Below, piece after piece: positions 38,692-48,175 of a stretch of 64,000 bases of DNA. How positions within the stretch are numbered: position 1 is the stretch's first letter; each line of letters starts with the position of its first letter. The translations under genes were made by a program, and so were the position numbers. This DNA comes from Thermoanaerobaculia bacterium. Its GTDB lineage: Bacteria > Acidobacteriota > Thermoanaerobaculia > Multivoradales > JAHEKO01. The stretch is taken from the NCBI GenBank assembly GCA_947259195.1, contig CAMYLC010000067.1, positions 18,070 to 82,069 of the forward strand, given 5' to 3'. Below the pieces are notes generated by a model, which saw only the letters and a list, made by a program, of their open reading frames with translations, did no database searches and was not told the origin of the DNA.

Positions 38692-40679
38692 AGGCTCGCC
38701 TGTTCTTGAGCCTGGTGATCCTGGCGCTGTGGACCGGTGGCATCGTCTATCGTCTGGTGCAGCTGCAGATACGGGATCACGAACACTACAGCCAGAGGGC
38801 CGAGGGCCAGCATCACCGGAAAGTCGAGCTGCTGGCCCCCCGCGGGACGATTTTCGATACCCGTGGTCGCGAGTTGGCCGTCTCGGTCGAAGTGGACTCC
38901 GTATGGGTCGACCCCTCGAGAGTCGAGGATACGGCGGCCATGGCGAGCCAGCTCGCAGCAGTGCTGAAGGTCGATCGCCAGGCTCTTGCCCGAAGCATGG
39001 ACGGCGCGCGCGAGTTCGCCTGGGTAGCCCGTCTTCTCGACCCGCCTCAGGCAGCGGCCGTTCGCGACCTGCGGTTGCCTGGAGTCAGCTACCTCAAAGA
39101 GAGCAAACGCTACTACCCGATGCGGCAGGTGGCCTCTCAGGTGGTCGGCTTCGCCGGCGTGGACAACCGTGGACTCGAGGGCATCGAGGGCGCCTACAAC
39201 AATCTGGTAGCGGGCAAGGCAGCGCGACGTGGAGTCCTGCGGGACGCGCGTCGAGGAACGGTGCTGCTGCCGAGTCTATCGTTTCGGGATCCACAGCCGG
39301 GTAGCGACCTCTATCTCACCATCGACGTGTGGATTCAGTATCTGCTGGAAAAGGAACTGTCTGCTGCGGTGCAAAGAACCGAGGCCAAGAGTGGCACGGC
39401 TCTCATCCTCGACCCCACCAGCGGAGCCATTCTGGCCATGGCCTCCGTACCGACCTTCGATCCGAATCACTTTGGCGAGTACGGCCGAGACCAGTGGAGG
39501 AATCGGGCGGTAACGGATTCTCTCGAGCCTGGTTCCACGTTCAAGATGGTCACCGCCGCCGCTGCTCTGGAGGCGAATCTCGTCGATCCCACGGATGTTT
39601 TCGACTGTGAGAGAGGCAGTATCGTGGTCAAGGGGAGGCGAATTCATGACCACCACTCCTTCGACCAATTGACCTTCCGAGAGGTCATTGCCAAGTCCAG
39701 CAACGTGGGAGCGATCAAGGTGGGGCTGCTCGCGGGCGAATCCGCCCTCTACGAACAGATCCGAAAGTTCGGATTCGGGCGGCTGACGGGAGTCGACCTG
39801 CCCGGCGAAAGTGCCGGCCTCCTGCAGCCCGTCGAGCGATGGCACAAGCGAGCGGTGGCCTACATCTCTTTCGGGCAGGGTCTGTCGGTGACAGCGGTAC
39901 AGCTGGCCTCGGCCTTTGCGGCTGTCGCCAATGGCGGACAGCTGTACCGACCCTACGTGGTGCAAGCAGTGAGCAGAGCTGGTGTCCGACAGCCCGTGGA
40001 GGGCAAGCCGGAGATAGTGGGACGGGCAGTGAGCGCCAGCACGGCTCGTACGCTGGAGAGGCTACTCGAGGCGGTCGTCGAAGAGGGAACAGGTAGGAAA
40101 GCCGCTATCGATGGGTACCGGGTAGCCGGCAAGACCGGCACTGCTCAGAAGGCGGCGGCGAGTGGTGGATACGCCCAGGGACGGTATGTTGCCAGTTTTG
40201 TCGGGTTTGCTCCGGCTCGACGGCCGAGGCTGGTTGGACTGGTGGCACTCGATGAGCCCAACCCCAAACGTGGCTATCACGGTGGCGATGTGGCGGCCCC
40301 CGTCTTCGCGGCAATAGTCGGTCCCGCACTGCTCTACCTCGGCGTCCCTCCGGAGCGTGAGCCCATGGAGGTCTGGCCGGGTCAGAGGGATCCCTCCGAG
40401 CAGCCGGTATTGACGGCTGCGAGTCCGCGCGGTCAACGGCCAACCGACGCTGAGACCAGCCAGGAGCTGTTGGCCTCTACAGGCCACGGCGAAGGCTCGC
40501 TGCCCGACTTTACCGGGCTGACAGCCAGGCAAGCGGTGGTGAGGACCGCGACGCTCGGTTTGAGGGCAGATCTCCACGGGCGGGGTCTGGTGAGTCGCCA
40601 GGTTCCATCTCCCGGCTCAGCGGTCGAAACGGCCGAGGGCAGGGTCGAGCTGTGGTTGGCAGGGGATTCGGGCCGATGA
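38688..40679 (+). CDS. ftsI: Class B penicillin-binding protein (FtsI/PBP3-like transpeptidase) with C-terminal PASTA domain
   Basis: 663-aa ORF with an N-terminal TM and a dimerisation domain. Transpeptidase motifs STFK (GSTFKMVTAAA), SSN (KSSNVG) and KTGTA. The C-terminal 59 aa show a PASTA-like pattern. Confidence 0.85.
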   Translation: MKARLFLSLVILALWTGGIVYRLVQLQIRDHEHYSQRAEGQHHRKVELLAPRGTIFDTRGRELAVSVEVDSVWVDPSRVEDTAAMASQLAAVLKVDRQALARSMDGAREFAWVARLLDPPQAAAVRDLRLPGVSYLKESKRYYPMRQVASQVVGFAGVDNRGLEGIEGAYNNLVAGKAARRGVLRDARRGTVLLPSLSFRDPQPGSDLYLTIDVWIQYLLEKELSAAVQRTEAKSGTALILDPTSGAILAMASVPTFDPNHFGEYGRDQWRNRAVTDSLEPGSTFKMVTAAAALEANLVDPTDVFDCERGSIVVKGRRIHDHHSFDQLTFREVIAKSSNVGAIKVGLLAGESALYEQIRKFGFGRLTGVDLPGESAGLLQPVERWHKRAVAYISFGQGLSVTAVQLASAFAAVANGGQLYRPYVVQAVSRAGVRQPVEGKPEIVGRAVSASTARTLERLLEAVVEEGTGRKAAIDGYRVAGKTGTAQKAAASGGYAQGRYVASFVGFAPARRPRLVGLVALDEPNPKRGYHGGDVAAPVFAAIVGPALLYLGVPPEREPMEVWPGQRDPSEQPVLTAASPRGQRPTDAETSQELLASTGHGEGSLPDFTGLTARQAVVRTATLGLRADLHGRGLVSRQVPSPGSAVETAEGRVELWLAGDSGR

Positions 40680-42142
40680 GAGTCGCCGAGATCATCGCAG
40701 GCATGGCCGTCCGACGGTCATCGGAGGCCGACCCGGAAGTTAGCGGAATTACCTTCAATTCGAGGCAGGTCAGGCCTGGTGATCTCTTTGTCGCCTTGAC
40801 GGGCCAGCGTTTCGATGGCCGGGCCTTCGTGCCCGACGCCCTCGGGCGTGGAGCCGTAGCGGTCCTGGCCGCGGGAGATCCGCCGGAGGAGTTTCAGGGG
40901 TTGTGGCTGACAACGGCCGAGCCGAGATGGTTGATGGGCCCCATTGCCGCCAGAATCTTCGGCCATCCAGAGCGAGACCTGCTGATCGCCGGAGTGACCG
41001 GGACCAACGGCAAGTCCACGTTGGTGCATATCCTGGAAGCTATTCTGAATGCGGCTGACATCCCGAGTGGTTGCATGGGGACGCTGGGGTACCGGTTCAA
41101 GGACGAGGTCTACCCGGGAGAGCGAACAACCCCCGAGTCGGCGGATCTCTACAGGACCCTCCGGAAGATGCGGGACGCGGGTGCCGAAGCGGTCTGCATG
41201 GAGGTTTCCTCGCATGGGCTGGAGCAGGGGAGGGTAGAGGGGCTGAGCTTCGACCTGGCCATCTTTACCAACCTTTCTCGGGACCACTTCGATTTCCATC
41301 ACGGTTTCGAGGACTACTTCGCCGCCAAGCGAAAGCTGTTCGAAAGACTGAAATCCGATGGCTGGGCCGTGGTCAACCTCGACGACCCCTACGGCAGGCG
41401 CATGGCCGCAGGGCTGCCTCAGGTGGTCACTTTCGGCAAGGAAGGCGACGTCCGAGTTCTCCGAGCCGAGCTGGACTCGCAAGGCATTCGGGCGGACCTG
41501 GCGACGCCTCGAGGCTCCTTGTCCATCCAATCGCCGCTGCTGGGAGGCTACAACCTCGAGAATCTCCTGGCGGCGGTGGCAGGGGGCGAAGCCTTGGGGT
41601 TGCCCGAGGAGGCCCTGATCCAGGGGATCGCCGATCGTCCCCCGCTGTCGGGTCGCATGGAGCCGATCGAGTGTGGTCAGCCTTTCCCTGTGCTTCTCGA
41701 CTATGCCCATACCGACGCCGCTCTCGAGGCAGCTCTGCGATCCCTCAAGGGGTTCTCGAAGTGCAAGGTCCTAGTGGTCTTCGGATGCGGGGGCGATCGA
41801 GATACCGGGAAGCGTGTGCTGATGGGGAGGGTGGCCGGTGAGCTGGCCGATTTCTCCATCATCACTTCGGACAATCCCCGCCGGGAAGATCCACTAGCGA
41901 TCATCGCGAGTATCGAAGAGGGTCTCAAGGAGAGCGGTGCCAGCGACTATCGGATCCTGCCGGATCGTCGGGAGGCGATCCGCAGAGCCGTAGGTCAAGC
42001 GGAGGCCGGCTGGGCGATCCTGCTCGCCGGCAAGGGGCACGAAGAGGTTCAGATCCTGGGGGACCAGGAGCTACCCTTTTCCGACCGCAAAGAGATGCGT
42101 CGAGTGTTGGAGGAGCGGTTTGGTTCAAGGCCGACTGGGTGA
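40676..42142 (+). CDS. murE: UDP-N-acetylmuramoyl-L-alanyl-D-glutamate--2,6-diaminopimelate ligase
   Basis: The ATG at 40676 overlaps the ftsI stop. GVTGTNGKSTLVHIL; the DNPR motif (TSDNPRRED) indicates meso-DAP specificity. Confidence 0.9.
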   Translation: MRVAEIIAGMAVRRSSEADPEVSGITFNSRQVRPGDLFVALTGQRFDGRAFVPDALGRGAVAVLAAGDPPEEFQGLWLTTAEPRWLMGPIAARIFGHPERDLLIAGVTGTNGKSTLVHILEAILNAADIPSGCMGTLGYRFKDEVYPGERTTPESADLYRTLRKMRDAGAEAVCMEVSSHGLEQGRVEGLSFDLAIFTNLSRDHFDFHHGFEDYFAAKRKLFERLKSDGWAVVNLDDPYGRRMAAGLPQVVTFGKEGDVRVLRAELDSQGIRADLATPRGSLSIQSPLLGGYNLENLLAAVAGGEALGLPEEALIQGIADRPPLSGRMEPIECGQPFPVLLDYAHTDAALEAALRSLKGFSKCKVLVVFGCGGDRDTGKRVLMGRVAGELADFSIITSDNPRREDPLAIIASIEEGLKESGASDYRILPDRREAIRRAVGQAEAGWAILLAGKGHEEVQILGDQELPFSDRKEMRRVLEERFGSRPTG

Positions 42143-43508
42143 GGCAGCCACGATCATGGGAGGAGAGATGATCTCCGGCTCTGCGGCCGCCATGTGGCGG
42201 GGCGCCACGCTCGACTCGCGCCAGGTCAACGGTGGAGAGCTGTTCTTTGCGCTTGCCGGTGAACGCACCGACGGGCATCGATTTGTTGGGCAGGCTCTCG
42301 AGAGAGGCGCGGCTGCGGCGATCGTTCAGCGTGAGATGGAGATTCCCGCCGACGGTGGAGCCATTCGGGTCCCCGACACCCTCGAAGCCCTCCATAGCTT
42401 GACCCGAGAAGTTCGGACCCGCGAGCCGCGCCAGCTGGTGGGGATAACCGGGTCGGCTGGCAAGACCACGACAAAAGAGATGCTGGCCGCCATGCTCGCC
42501 CGGCGGTTCCGGGTAGCCCGCAACCCGGGCAGCTTGAACAATACCCTGGGGTTTCCGGTCGCTCTGCTGGGAATCCCGGAGGGAACCGAATGGATGGTGG
42601 CCGAGATGGGGATGTCCACCCCGGGAGAGCTCAGCCAGGTGAGCCGGTTGGGCAAGCCCGACGTAGCGGTGTTCCTCAATGTCCGCCCGGTGCACCTGGA
42701 AGCCTTCGGAACCCTGGAGGCTATTCGGGAGGCCAAGGCGGAGCTACTCGACGGACTCGCCGAGGACGGTCTGGTCGTGGCGAATCAGGACGACAGGCAA
42801 GTCGTGGAGATCGCGCATCGGCAGGCCGGCAGGGTGATCTGGTTCGGGCGGCAGACGACCGCGGACTATCGGGTCGAGGTTGTCGAGAGTCTTGCTGATG
42901 GAAGGGTCGGTAGTCGGTTCAAGCTGGTGACCAGCGAGGATGTCGTCGAGGTCGAGCTGCCGATGCATGGCCTCTACAACGTCGACAACTTCCTGGCCGC
43001 GGCGGCCTGCGCCAACACCCTCGGTGTTCCCCTGCTCGAGATCGCCCAGGCCGTGCAGGCCGTGATGCCACAGCCCATGCGGGGAGTGGTTCACCGACTC
43101 GCCAACGGCTCGATCGTTGTGGACGACTGTTACAACTCCAATCCGGCCGCGCTGACCGAGGCCCTGCAAAGCGCGCTCGAGATTCCGGGGGAGCGTCACT
43201 GGGCGATCCTGGGTGACATGTTGGAGCTCGGCGAGGCAGCTGAGGAATTTCACCTTCAGGCCGGAAGAACAGCCGCCGGAATGGGATTCTCGCCGGTGGT
43301 GGGTGTCGGTCCGCTGGCCCGAAAGCTGGTCGAGGGTGCCCGGCAGGCGGGGGCCGAGGGCCACTGGTACGAGGATGCCGAGGCAGCGGCTGTCATGGCC
43401 GATCACCTTCAGGCGGGTGACACGCTGCTGGTCAAGGGCTCGCGAGGAGTGGGCCTGGAGGCCGTGGTGGGAGCAATGCTGGCAGCGGCGGCCGAGGTGG
43501 TGAGCTGA
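42120..43508 (+). CDS. murF: UDP-N-acetylmuramoyl-tripeptide--D-alanyl-D-alanine ligase
   Basis: 462-aa ORF with a TTG start. TLDSRQVNGGELFFALAGERTDGHRFV, GITGSAGKTTTKEML. Position between murE and mraY. Confidence 0.85.
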   Translation: MVQGRLGEAATIMGGEMISGSAAAMWRGATLDSRQVNGGELFFALAGERTDGHRFVGQALERGAAAAIVQREMEIPADGGAIRVPDTLEALHSLTREVRTREPRQLVGITGSAGKTTTKEMLAAMLARRFRVARNPGSLNNTLGFPVALLGIPEGTEWMVAEMGMSTPGELSQVSRLGKPDVAVFLNVRPVHLEAFGTLEAIREAKAELLDGLAEDGLVVANQDDRQVVEIAHRQAGRVIWFGRQTTADYRVEVVESLADGRVGSRFKLVTSEDVVEVELPMHGLYNVDNFLAAAACANTLGVPLLEIAQAVQAVMPQPMRGVVHRLANGSIVVDDCYNSNPAALTEALQSALEIPGERHWAILGDMLELGEAAEEFHLQAGRTAAGMGFSPVVGVGPLARKLVEGARQAGAEGHWYEDAEAAAVMADHLQAGDTLLVKGSRGVGLEAVVGAMLAAAAEVVS

Positions 43509-44596
43509 TGCTGTTCCATCTGCTCTTTCCCCTTGCCGAGCAGTACCCGGTGTTCAATGTCTTTCGGTACATCACCTTTCGGGCGGCGGGTGCGGTCGTG
43601 ACCGCTGTCTTGCTGACGCTCTGGATGGGACCCTGGTTCATTCGCGGGCTGCGCCGACTGTCGATCGGTCAGAACATTCGCGACGTCGGACCCGAGCGAC
43701 ATCAGGTCAAGGCTGGTACGCCGACCATGGGTGGCCTGTTGATCCTCTTCTCGGTGCTGCTGCCGACGCTCCTGTGGGCCAATCTCAACAACCCCTTCGT
43801 CTGGTTGGCCGTCGGGGTCATGACAGGCTTCGGTGCCATTGGCTTTCTGGACGACTACTTGAAGATCCGGCGGCGACAGAACGAAGGTCTTTCGGTGCGA
43901 CTGAAGCTGACACTGCAGATTCTGGTCGGTGTGTTGGCGGGGGTTGCGGTGTTGTCCCTTCCAGAGGCTTTCGGTTTCGAGAGCACGATCGCGTTCCCGT
44001 TCTTCAAGCGAGCCGTCTACAACCTGGGAGTCTTCTACGTGCCTTTCGTGGCGGTCGTCCTGGTCAGTTCCTCCAATGCGGTCAACCTCACCGATGGTCT
44101 CGACGGCCTGGCCATCGGCGCCACGCTCATCGCCGCCGCGACCTATGTGATCTTCACTTACGTGGCCGGTAACTCGGTCCTCGCCGGCTATCTGCAGGTG
44201 CCCTACGTGAGAGGCGTCGGCGAGGTGGCCGTTTTCTGTGGCGCCCTGGTGGGATCCAGCCTCGGGTTTCTGTGGTTCAACTCCCATCCGGCAGAGGTCT
44301 TCATGGGAGATGTGGGCTCCTTGGCCATAGGCGGTGCCATCGGCATGGTGGCTGTGCTCTCGAAGCAGGAGGTGGTCCTGCTGCTGGTCGGAGGGTTGTT
44401 CGTCATGGAGGCCATGTCGGTGATCATCCAGGTCGGGTTCTTCAAAGCGAGCGGCGGGCGGCGAGTATTCCGCATGGCACCGTTGCATCACCACTTCGAG
44501 TTGAGTGGCTGGGCAGAGCCGAAGATCATCGTGCGCTTCTGGATCCTATCGATCCTGTTCGCACTGATCGGACTGTCGACCTTGAAGTTGAGATAG
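43508..44596 (+). CDS. mraY: Phospho-N-acetylmuramoyl-pentapeptide transferase
   Basis: 362-aa polytopic ORF. KAGTPTMGGLLIL, NAVNLTDGLDGLA, FMGDVGSLAIGG, APLHHHFEL. Confidence 0.95.
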   Translation: MLFHLLFPLAEQYPVFNVFRYITFRAAGAVVTAVLLTLWMGPWFIRGLRRLSIGQNIRDVGPERHQVKAGTPTMGGLLILFSVLLPTLLWANLNNPFVWLAVGVMTGFGAIGFLDDYLKIRRRQNEGLSVRLKLTLQILVGVLAGVAVLSLPEAFGFESTIAFPFFKRAVYNLGVFYVPFVAVVLVSSSNAVNLTDGLDGLAIGATLIAAATYVIFTYVAGNSVLAGYLQVPYVRGVGEVAVFCGALVGSSLGFLWFNSHPAEVFMGDVGSLAIGGAIGMVAVLSKQEVVLLLVGGLFVMEAMSVIIQVGFFKASGGRRVFRMAPLHHHFELSGWAEPKIIVRFWILSILFALIGLSTLKLR

Positions 44597-44598
44597 AG

Positions 44599-45954
44599 GT
44601 GAGCTTGAAAGCTGAACATTGGAAGCGTGCTCTGGTCTACGGCCTCGGAATCTCCGGCAAGGCCGCGGCACGGCTGTTGCGGTCGAGAGCAGTCGAGGTC
44701 GTGGGCATGGATCGGCGCGCGGCCGAGGATCTGGAGCTCGGCGATCTGGCGAGCGATCCAGGGGTCGAGTTGCATCTCGGCGAGGAGCCCGAGTTGCTTC
44801 CCGCAGGCGTCGATGGGCTGGTGATCAGCCCCGGTGTCCCGCCTGGCCAGCCGTTGCTGCAGGCAGCGCGGCAAGCGGGTCTACCCATCGTGGCGGAGGT
44901 GGAGTTGGCCTCGTGGTATCTCAGTGGCCCTATCGTCGGTATTACGGGTAGCAACGGCAAGAGCACCACGACCGCCCTGACCGGTGAGCTCCTTCGCGCC
45001 TCGGGCTTTGATGTCGAGGTGTGCGGCAACATCGGGCTGCCCCTGAGTGCGTGTGTGGAGGGTGAGGCAGGGCGGATCTTCGTGACCGAGCTCTCCAGCT
45101 TCCAATTAGAGGGCATCGATAGTCTTCGACCGAAGGCTGCGGGTCTTCTCAATCTGGCCGCTGATCACCTCGACTGGCATGGCGGCGAGGATGCCTACCT
45201 CGCGGCCAAGAAAGCGATCTTCCGGAACCAGACTGCGGACGACTCCGCTGTCCTCAATGCCGACGATTCACGGGTAGCAGCCATCGAGACAGAAGCGCAT
45301 CGACGAGCGTTCTCTCGCACGGCGCCGGTACAGGACGGCTGCTATGTGGAGGGAGACATCGTGGTCGAGGTGGCTCCGGGTGAGGCGCCCAGGGCACTGT
45401 TCAGCTGCGACGACCTGGCCCTCGAAGGCGAGCACAATCTGGAGAACGCGATGGCAGCCGCATTGCTGTCGCGGGCCATGGGGGCCGACGGGTCGGCATT
45501 CCCCGCCGCCCTGGCTCTGTTTCGAGGCTTGCCGCATCGGGTCGAGCAGGTCGGGGACCGGCTGGGGGTGCAGTGGATCGACGATTCCAAGGCGACCAAC
45601 TTTGCGGCCACGCTCCGGTCGTTGGACGCCTTTCCAGACCACAGTGTGCACCTGATCCTCGGTGGCCGGAACAAGGGCGGCGACGCTGCCCTGCTGGCAG
45701 AGGTCGCGGGTCGCAAGGTAAAGAGAATCTACTTGGTGGGCGAAGCCGCTGAGGACTTCCGCTCAGCGTTGGCTGGCGTCGTGCCGTGTGAGATGGCCGT
45801 TCATCTGCCACAAGCCGTGGACTCGGCGGCGCGAAGGGCCGTCGAGGGGGATGTGGTGCTGCTATCACCAGCCTGCGCCAGCTTCGACCAGTATCGGAAC
45901 TTCAATGAGCGTGGAGACCACTTCCAACAGCTGGTGGGGGCCCTGAATGGCTAA
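44599..45954 (+). CDS. murD: UDP-N-acetylmuramoylalanine--D-glutamate ligase
   Basis: GTG at 44599, immediately after the mraY stop; the ORF-track start at 44272 lies inside mraY. ALVYGLGISGKAAARLL, GITGSNGKSTTTAL. Confidence 0.9.
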   Translation: MSLKAEHWKRALVYGLGISGKAAARLLRSRAVEVVGMDRRAAEDLELGDLASDPGVELHLGEEPELLPAGVDGLVISPGVPPGQPLLQAARQAGLPIVAEVELASWYLSGPIVGITGSNGKSTTTALTGELLRASGFDVEVCGNIGLPLSACVEGEAGRIFVTELSSFQLEGIDSLRPKAAGLLNLAADHLDWHGGEDAYLAAKKAIFRNQTADDSAVLNADDSRVAAIETEAHRRAFSRTAPVQDGCYVEGDIVVEVAPGEAPRALFSCDDLALEGEHNLENAMAAALLSRAMGADGSAFPAALALFRGLPHRVEQVGDRLGVQWIDDSKATNFAATLRSLDAFPDHSVHLILGGRNKGGDAALLAEVAGRKVKRIYLVGEAAEDFRSALAGVVPCEMAVHLPQAVDSAARRAVEGDVVLLSPACASFDQYRNFNERGDHFQQLVGALNG

Positions 45955-47029
45955 GAAGCTCGCCTTCGACAAGGTGCTCTTCACCACCATCATCCTGCTG
46001 GTGGGTCTGGGTCTGATCTCGGTCTTCTCTGCCAGCGCGGCCTTTGCCCGGGACCAGGGTACCGGACTGAACATGTTCCTGGCCAAACAGAGTGTCGCCG
46101 CCGTGATCGGCCTGGTCGCTATGTGGATCCTGATGCACATCGACTATCGCCACTACCGGCGGCCGCAGGTGCTGTATCCCATCATCGTCGGCTCGCTCGT
46201 ACTTCTGGTGGCCAGCCTCTTCGGCCCGGAGCTCAACAACACTCGTCGTTGGCTGTTTGTCGGGGGGCTCTCGATCCAACCGTCCGAGCTGGCCAAGCTG
46301 GCGATCATCGCCTTCGTCGCCTTTCAGATCGAACGCAATGAGGACCGCGGGAGTCGCGATCTGGTCTTGCCGGTGTGCCTCCTTTTGGGACTGATGGCCA
46401 GTCTGACCCTGATGCAGCCCGATCTCGGAACAGCTGTGCTCCTGTGCGGAGCCACGATCTTCATGCTGTTCCTGGCGGGTGTGGGCTGGCGCTACTTCCT
46501 CGGGGGAGCCCTGGCTCTTCTCCCGGCGCTATGGCTGGCGGTCTACTCGGTGCCCTATCGTCGGCAGAGGTTCATGTCCTTTCTGAACCCCGATCTGGAA
46601 CCCCTGCGCTCCGGCTATCAGGCGCGCCAGTCACTCATCGCAGTTGGTTCCGGGGGCCTGCTTGGGCGCGGTCTGGGCGAAAGCCTACAGAAGCTCTACT
46701 TCTTGCCCTATCCGCATTCGGACTTCATCTACTCGATCATCTCCGAAGAGCTCGGGCTGATCGGTGCGGTTGGCGTATTGCTGTTGTTCGCCGTCTTGTT
46801 TTGGCGTGGTATTCGCGCCGGTGTGAAGGCACCGGACACTTTCGGGCGCTATCTGGCCTGGGGCATCGCGGGCCTCATCACAATGCAGGCTTTGATCCAT
46901 ATCAGCGTTGCCCTGGCTCTGGTGCCGACGAAGGGTATCCCGCTGCCGTTTATCTCTTACGGCGGCTCCTCCCTGGCCGTGTGTCTCGCCGGTTCTGGGG
47001 TGCTGCTGAATGTGTCGCAACATGCGTGA
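45947..47029 (+). CDS. ftsW: SEDS-family peptidoglycan glycosyltransferase / cell division protein FtsW
   Basis: 360-aa ORF with 10 TM helices. RWLFVGGLSIQPSELAKLA, HSDFIYSIISEELGLIG, KGIPLPFISYGGSS. Confidence 0.9.
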   Translation: MAKKLAFDKVLFTTIILLVGLGLISVFSASAAFARDQGTGLNMFLAKQSVAAVIGLVAMWILMHIDYRHYRRPQVLYPIIVGSLVLLVASLFGPELNNTRRWLFVGGLSIQPSELAKLAIIAFVAFQIERNEDRGSRDLVLPVCLLLGLMASLTLMQPDLGTAVLLCGATIFMLFLAGVGWRYFLGGALALLPALWLAVYSVPYRRQRFMSFLNPDLEPLRSGYQARQSLIAVGSGGLLGRGLGESLQKLYFLPYPHSDFIYSIISEELGLIGAVGVLLLFAVLFWRGIRAGVKAPDTFGRYLAWGIAGLITMQALIHISVALALVPTKGIPLPFISYGGSSLAVCLAGSGVLLNVSQHA

Positions 47030-47089
47030 GAAGCGAGTGCTTGGGAAGACGGTGAATCGTGAAGCTGGTCTACGAATGGCACGGAAACG

Positions 47090-48175
47090 ATGGCGAATGA
47101 GCATGCACTCCTGGCCGGAGGCGGTAGTGGCGGACACGTGTTTCCCGCTCTGGCGGTGGCTGATGAACTGCGTCAACGGGGCTGGCAGGTGAGCTGGATG
47201 GGACGAATTTCGGGAATGGAGAGAGAGCTCGTGGAGGCCCGCGGACTGCCGTACCAGGGTCTATCGGCGAAGGCCGTCGTGGGCCGCAGACCGTTCCAGA
47301 AAGTCGCAGCGCTCGGCACCCTTGCAGCCTCGTCGTGGCGAGCCAGACAGATGATCCGCGACTCCCAAGCCGACGTGGTCCTGGGAACTGGCGGGTACGT
47401 TTCCGTACCAGGGGTTCTCGGCGCGGCGCTGAGCAAGCGGCCGGTTGTCCTGCTCGAGCCCAACGCCGAGGCCGGCTCGGCGAATCGGTGGCTATCCCGG
47501 TGGGCATCGTCGGCAGCGGTTGCTCTGCCGGGGATGGAGGGGCAGTTACGTTGCCCTTCGCGGGTAACGGGAGTGCCGGTTCGACGGGAGTTCTTCGCAG
47601 CTCGGGATACCCGGCCGACCAGCGGAGCCCTTCGCCTGCTGGTTCTGGGTGGAAGTCAGGGGGCCCGGCAGCTGAATCAACTGGTGCCGGCAGCCCTCCA
47701 ACAGCTCGGGGACCGGCTTGCCGGTCTCGAAGTCGTGCATCAGGTGGGAGAAGCGCTACAAGAAGAGGCGGAGAGCACCTACCGGAAGAGCAACTCGAGG
47801 GGGCATCAGGTCAGGGTCGTACCCTTTTTGGATGACGTCGCCGCCGAAATGGCCGCGGCCGATCTAGTGATCTCGAGAGCCGGAGCCATCACGGTAGCCG
47901 AAATCTGCGCCGCCGGACGGGCCGCTTTGCTCGTGCCGCTGGCGCTGGCGGGTGGGCACCAGGTTGCCAACGCCCAGCGATTGGCAGCCAGTGGTGGAGC
48001 GGCTGTTCTAACGCCTGAGACGGCTGATGCAGCGAGTCTCGTGACTTTGCTCGAATCGCTGCTCGACGATCGACAGCGGCTACGGTCCATGGGCGAGACA
48101 CTCCGTGGGCTCGCTTGGCCGCAGGCTGCCGAATCGGTTGCCGACCTCTTGCGCGAAGCAGTGGAGGCCGCCTGA
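47090..48175 (+). CDS. murG: UDP-N-acetylglucosamine--N-acetylmuramyl-(pentapeptide) pyrophosphoryl-undecaprenol GlcNAc transferase
   Basis: 361-aa ORF. LLAGGGSGGHVFPALAVA, ISRAGAITVAEICAAGRAALLVP, GHQVANA. Confidence 0.9.
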   Translation: MANEHALLAGGGSGGHVFPALAVADELRQRGWQVSWMGRISGMERELVEARGLPYQGLSAKAVVGRRPFQKVAALGTLAASSWRARQMIRDSQADVVLGTGGYVSVPGVLGAALSKRPVVLLEPNAEAGSANRWLSRWASSAAVALPGMEGQLRCPSRVTGVPVRREFFAARDTRPTSGALRLLVLGGSQGARQLNQLVPAALQQLGDRLAGLEVVHQVGEALQEEAESTYRKSNSRGHQVRVVPFLDDVAAEMAAADLVISRAGAITVAEICAAGRAALLVPLALAGGHQVANAQRLAASGGAAVLTPETADAASLVTLLESLLDDRQRLRSMGETLRGLAWPQAAESVADLLREAVEAA

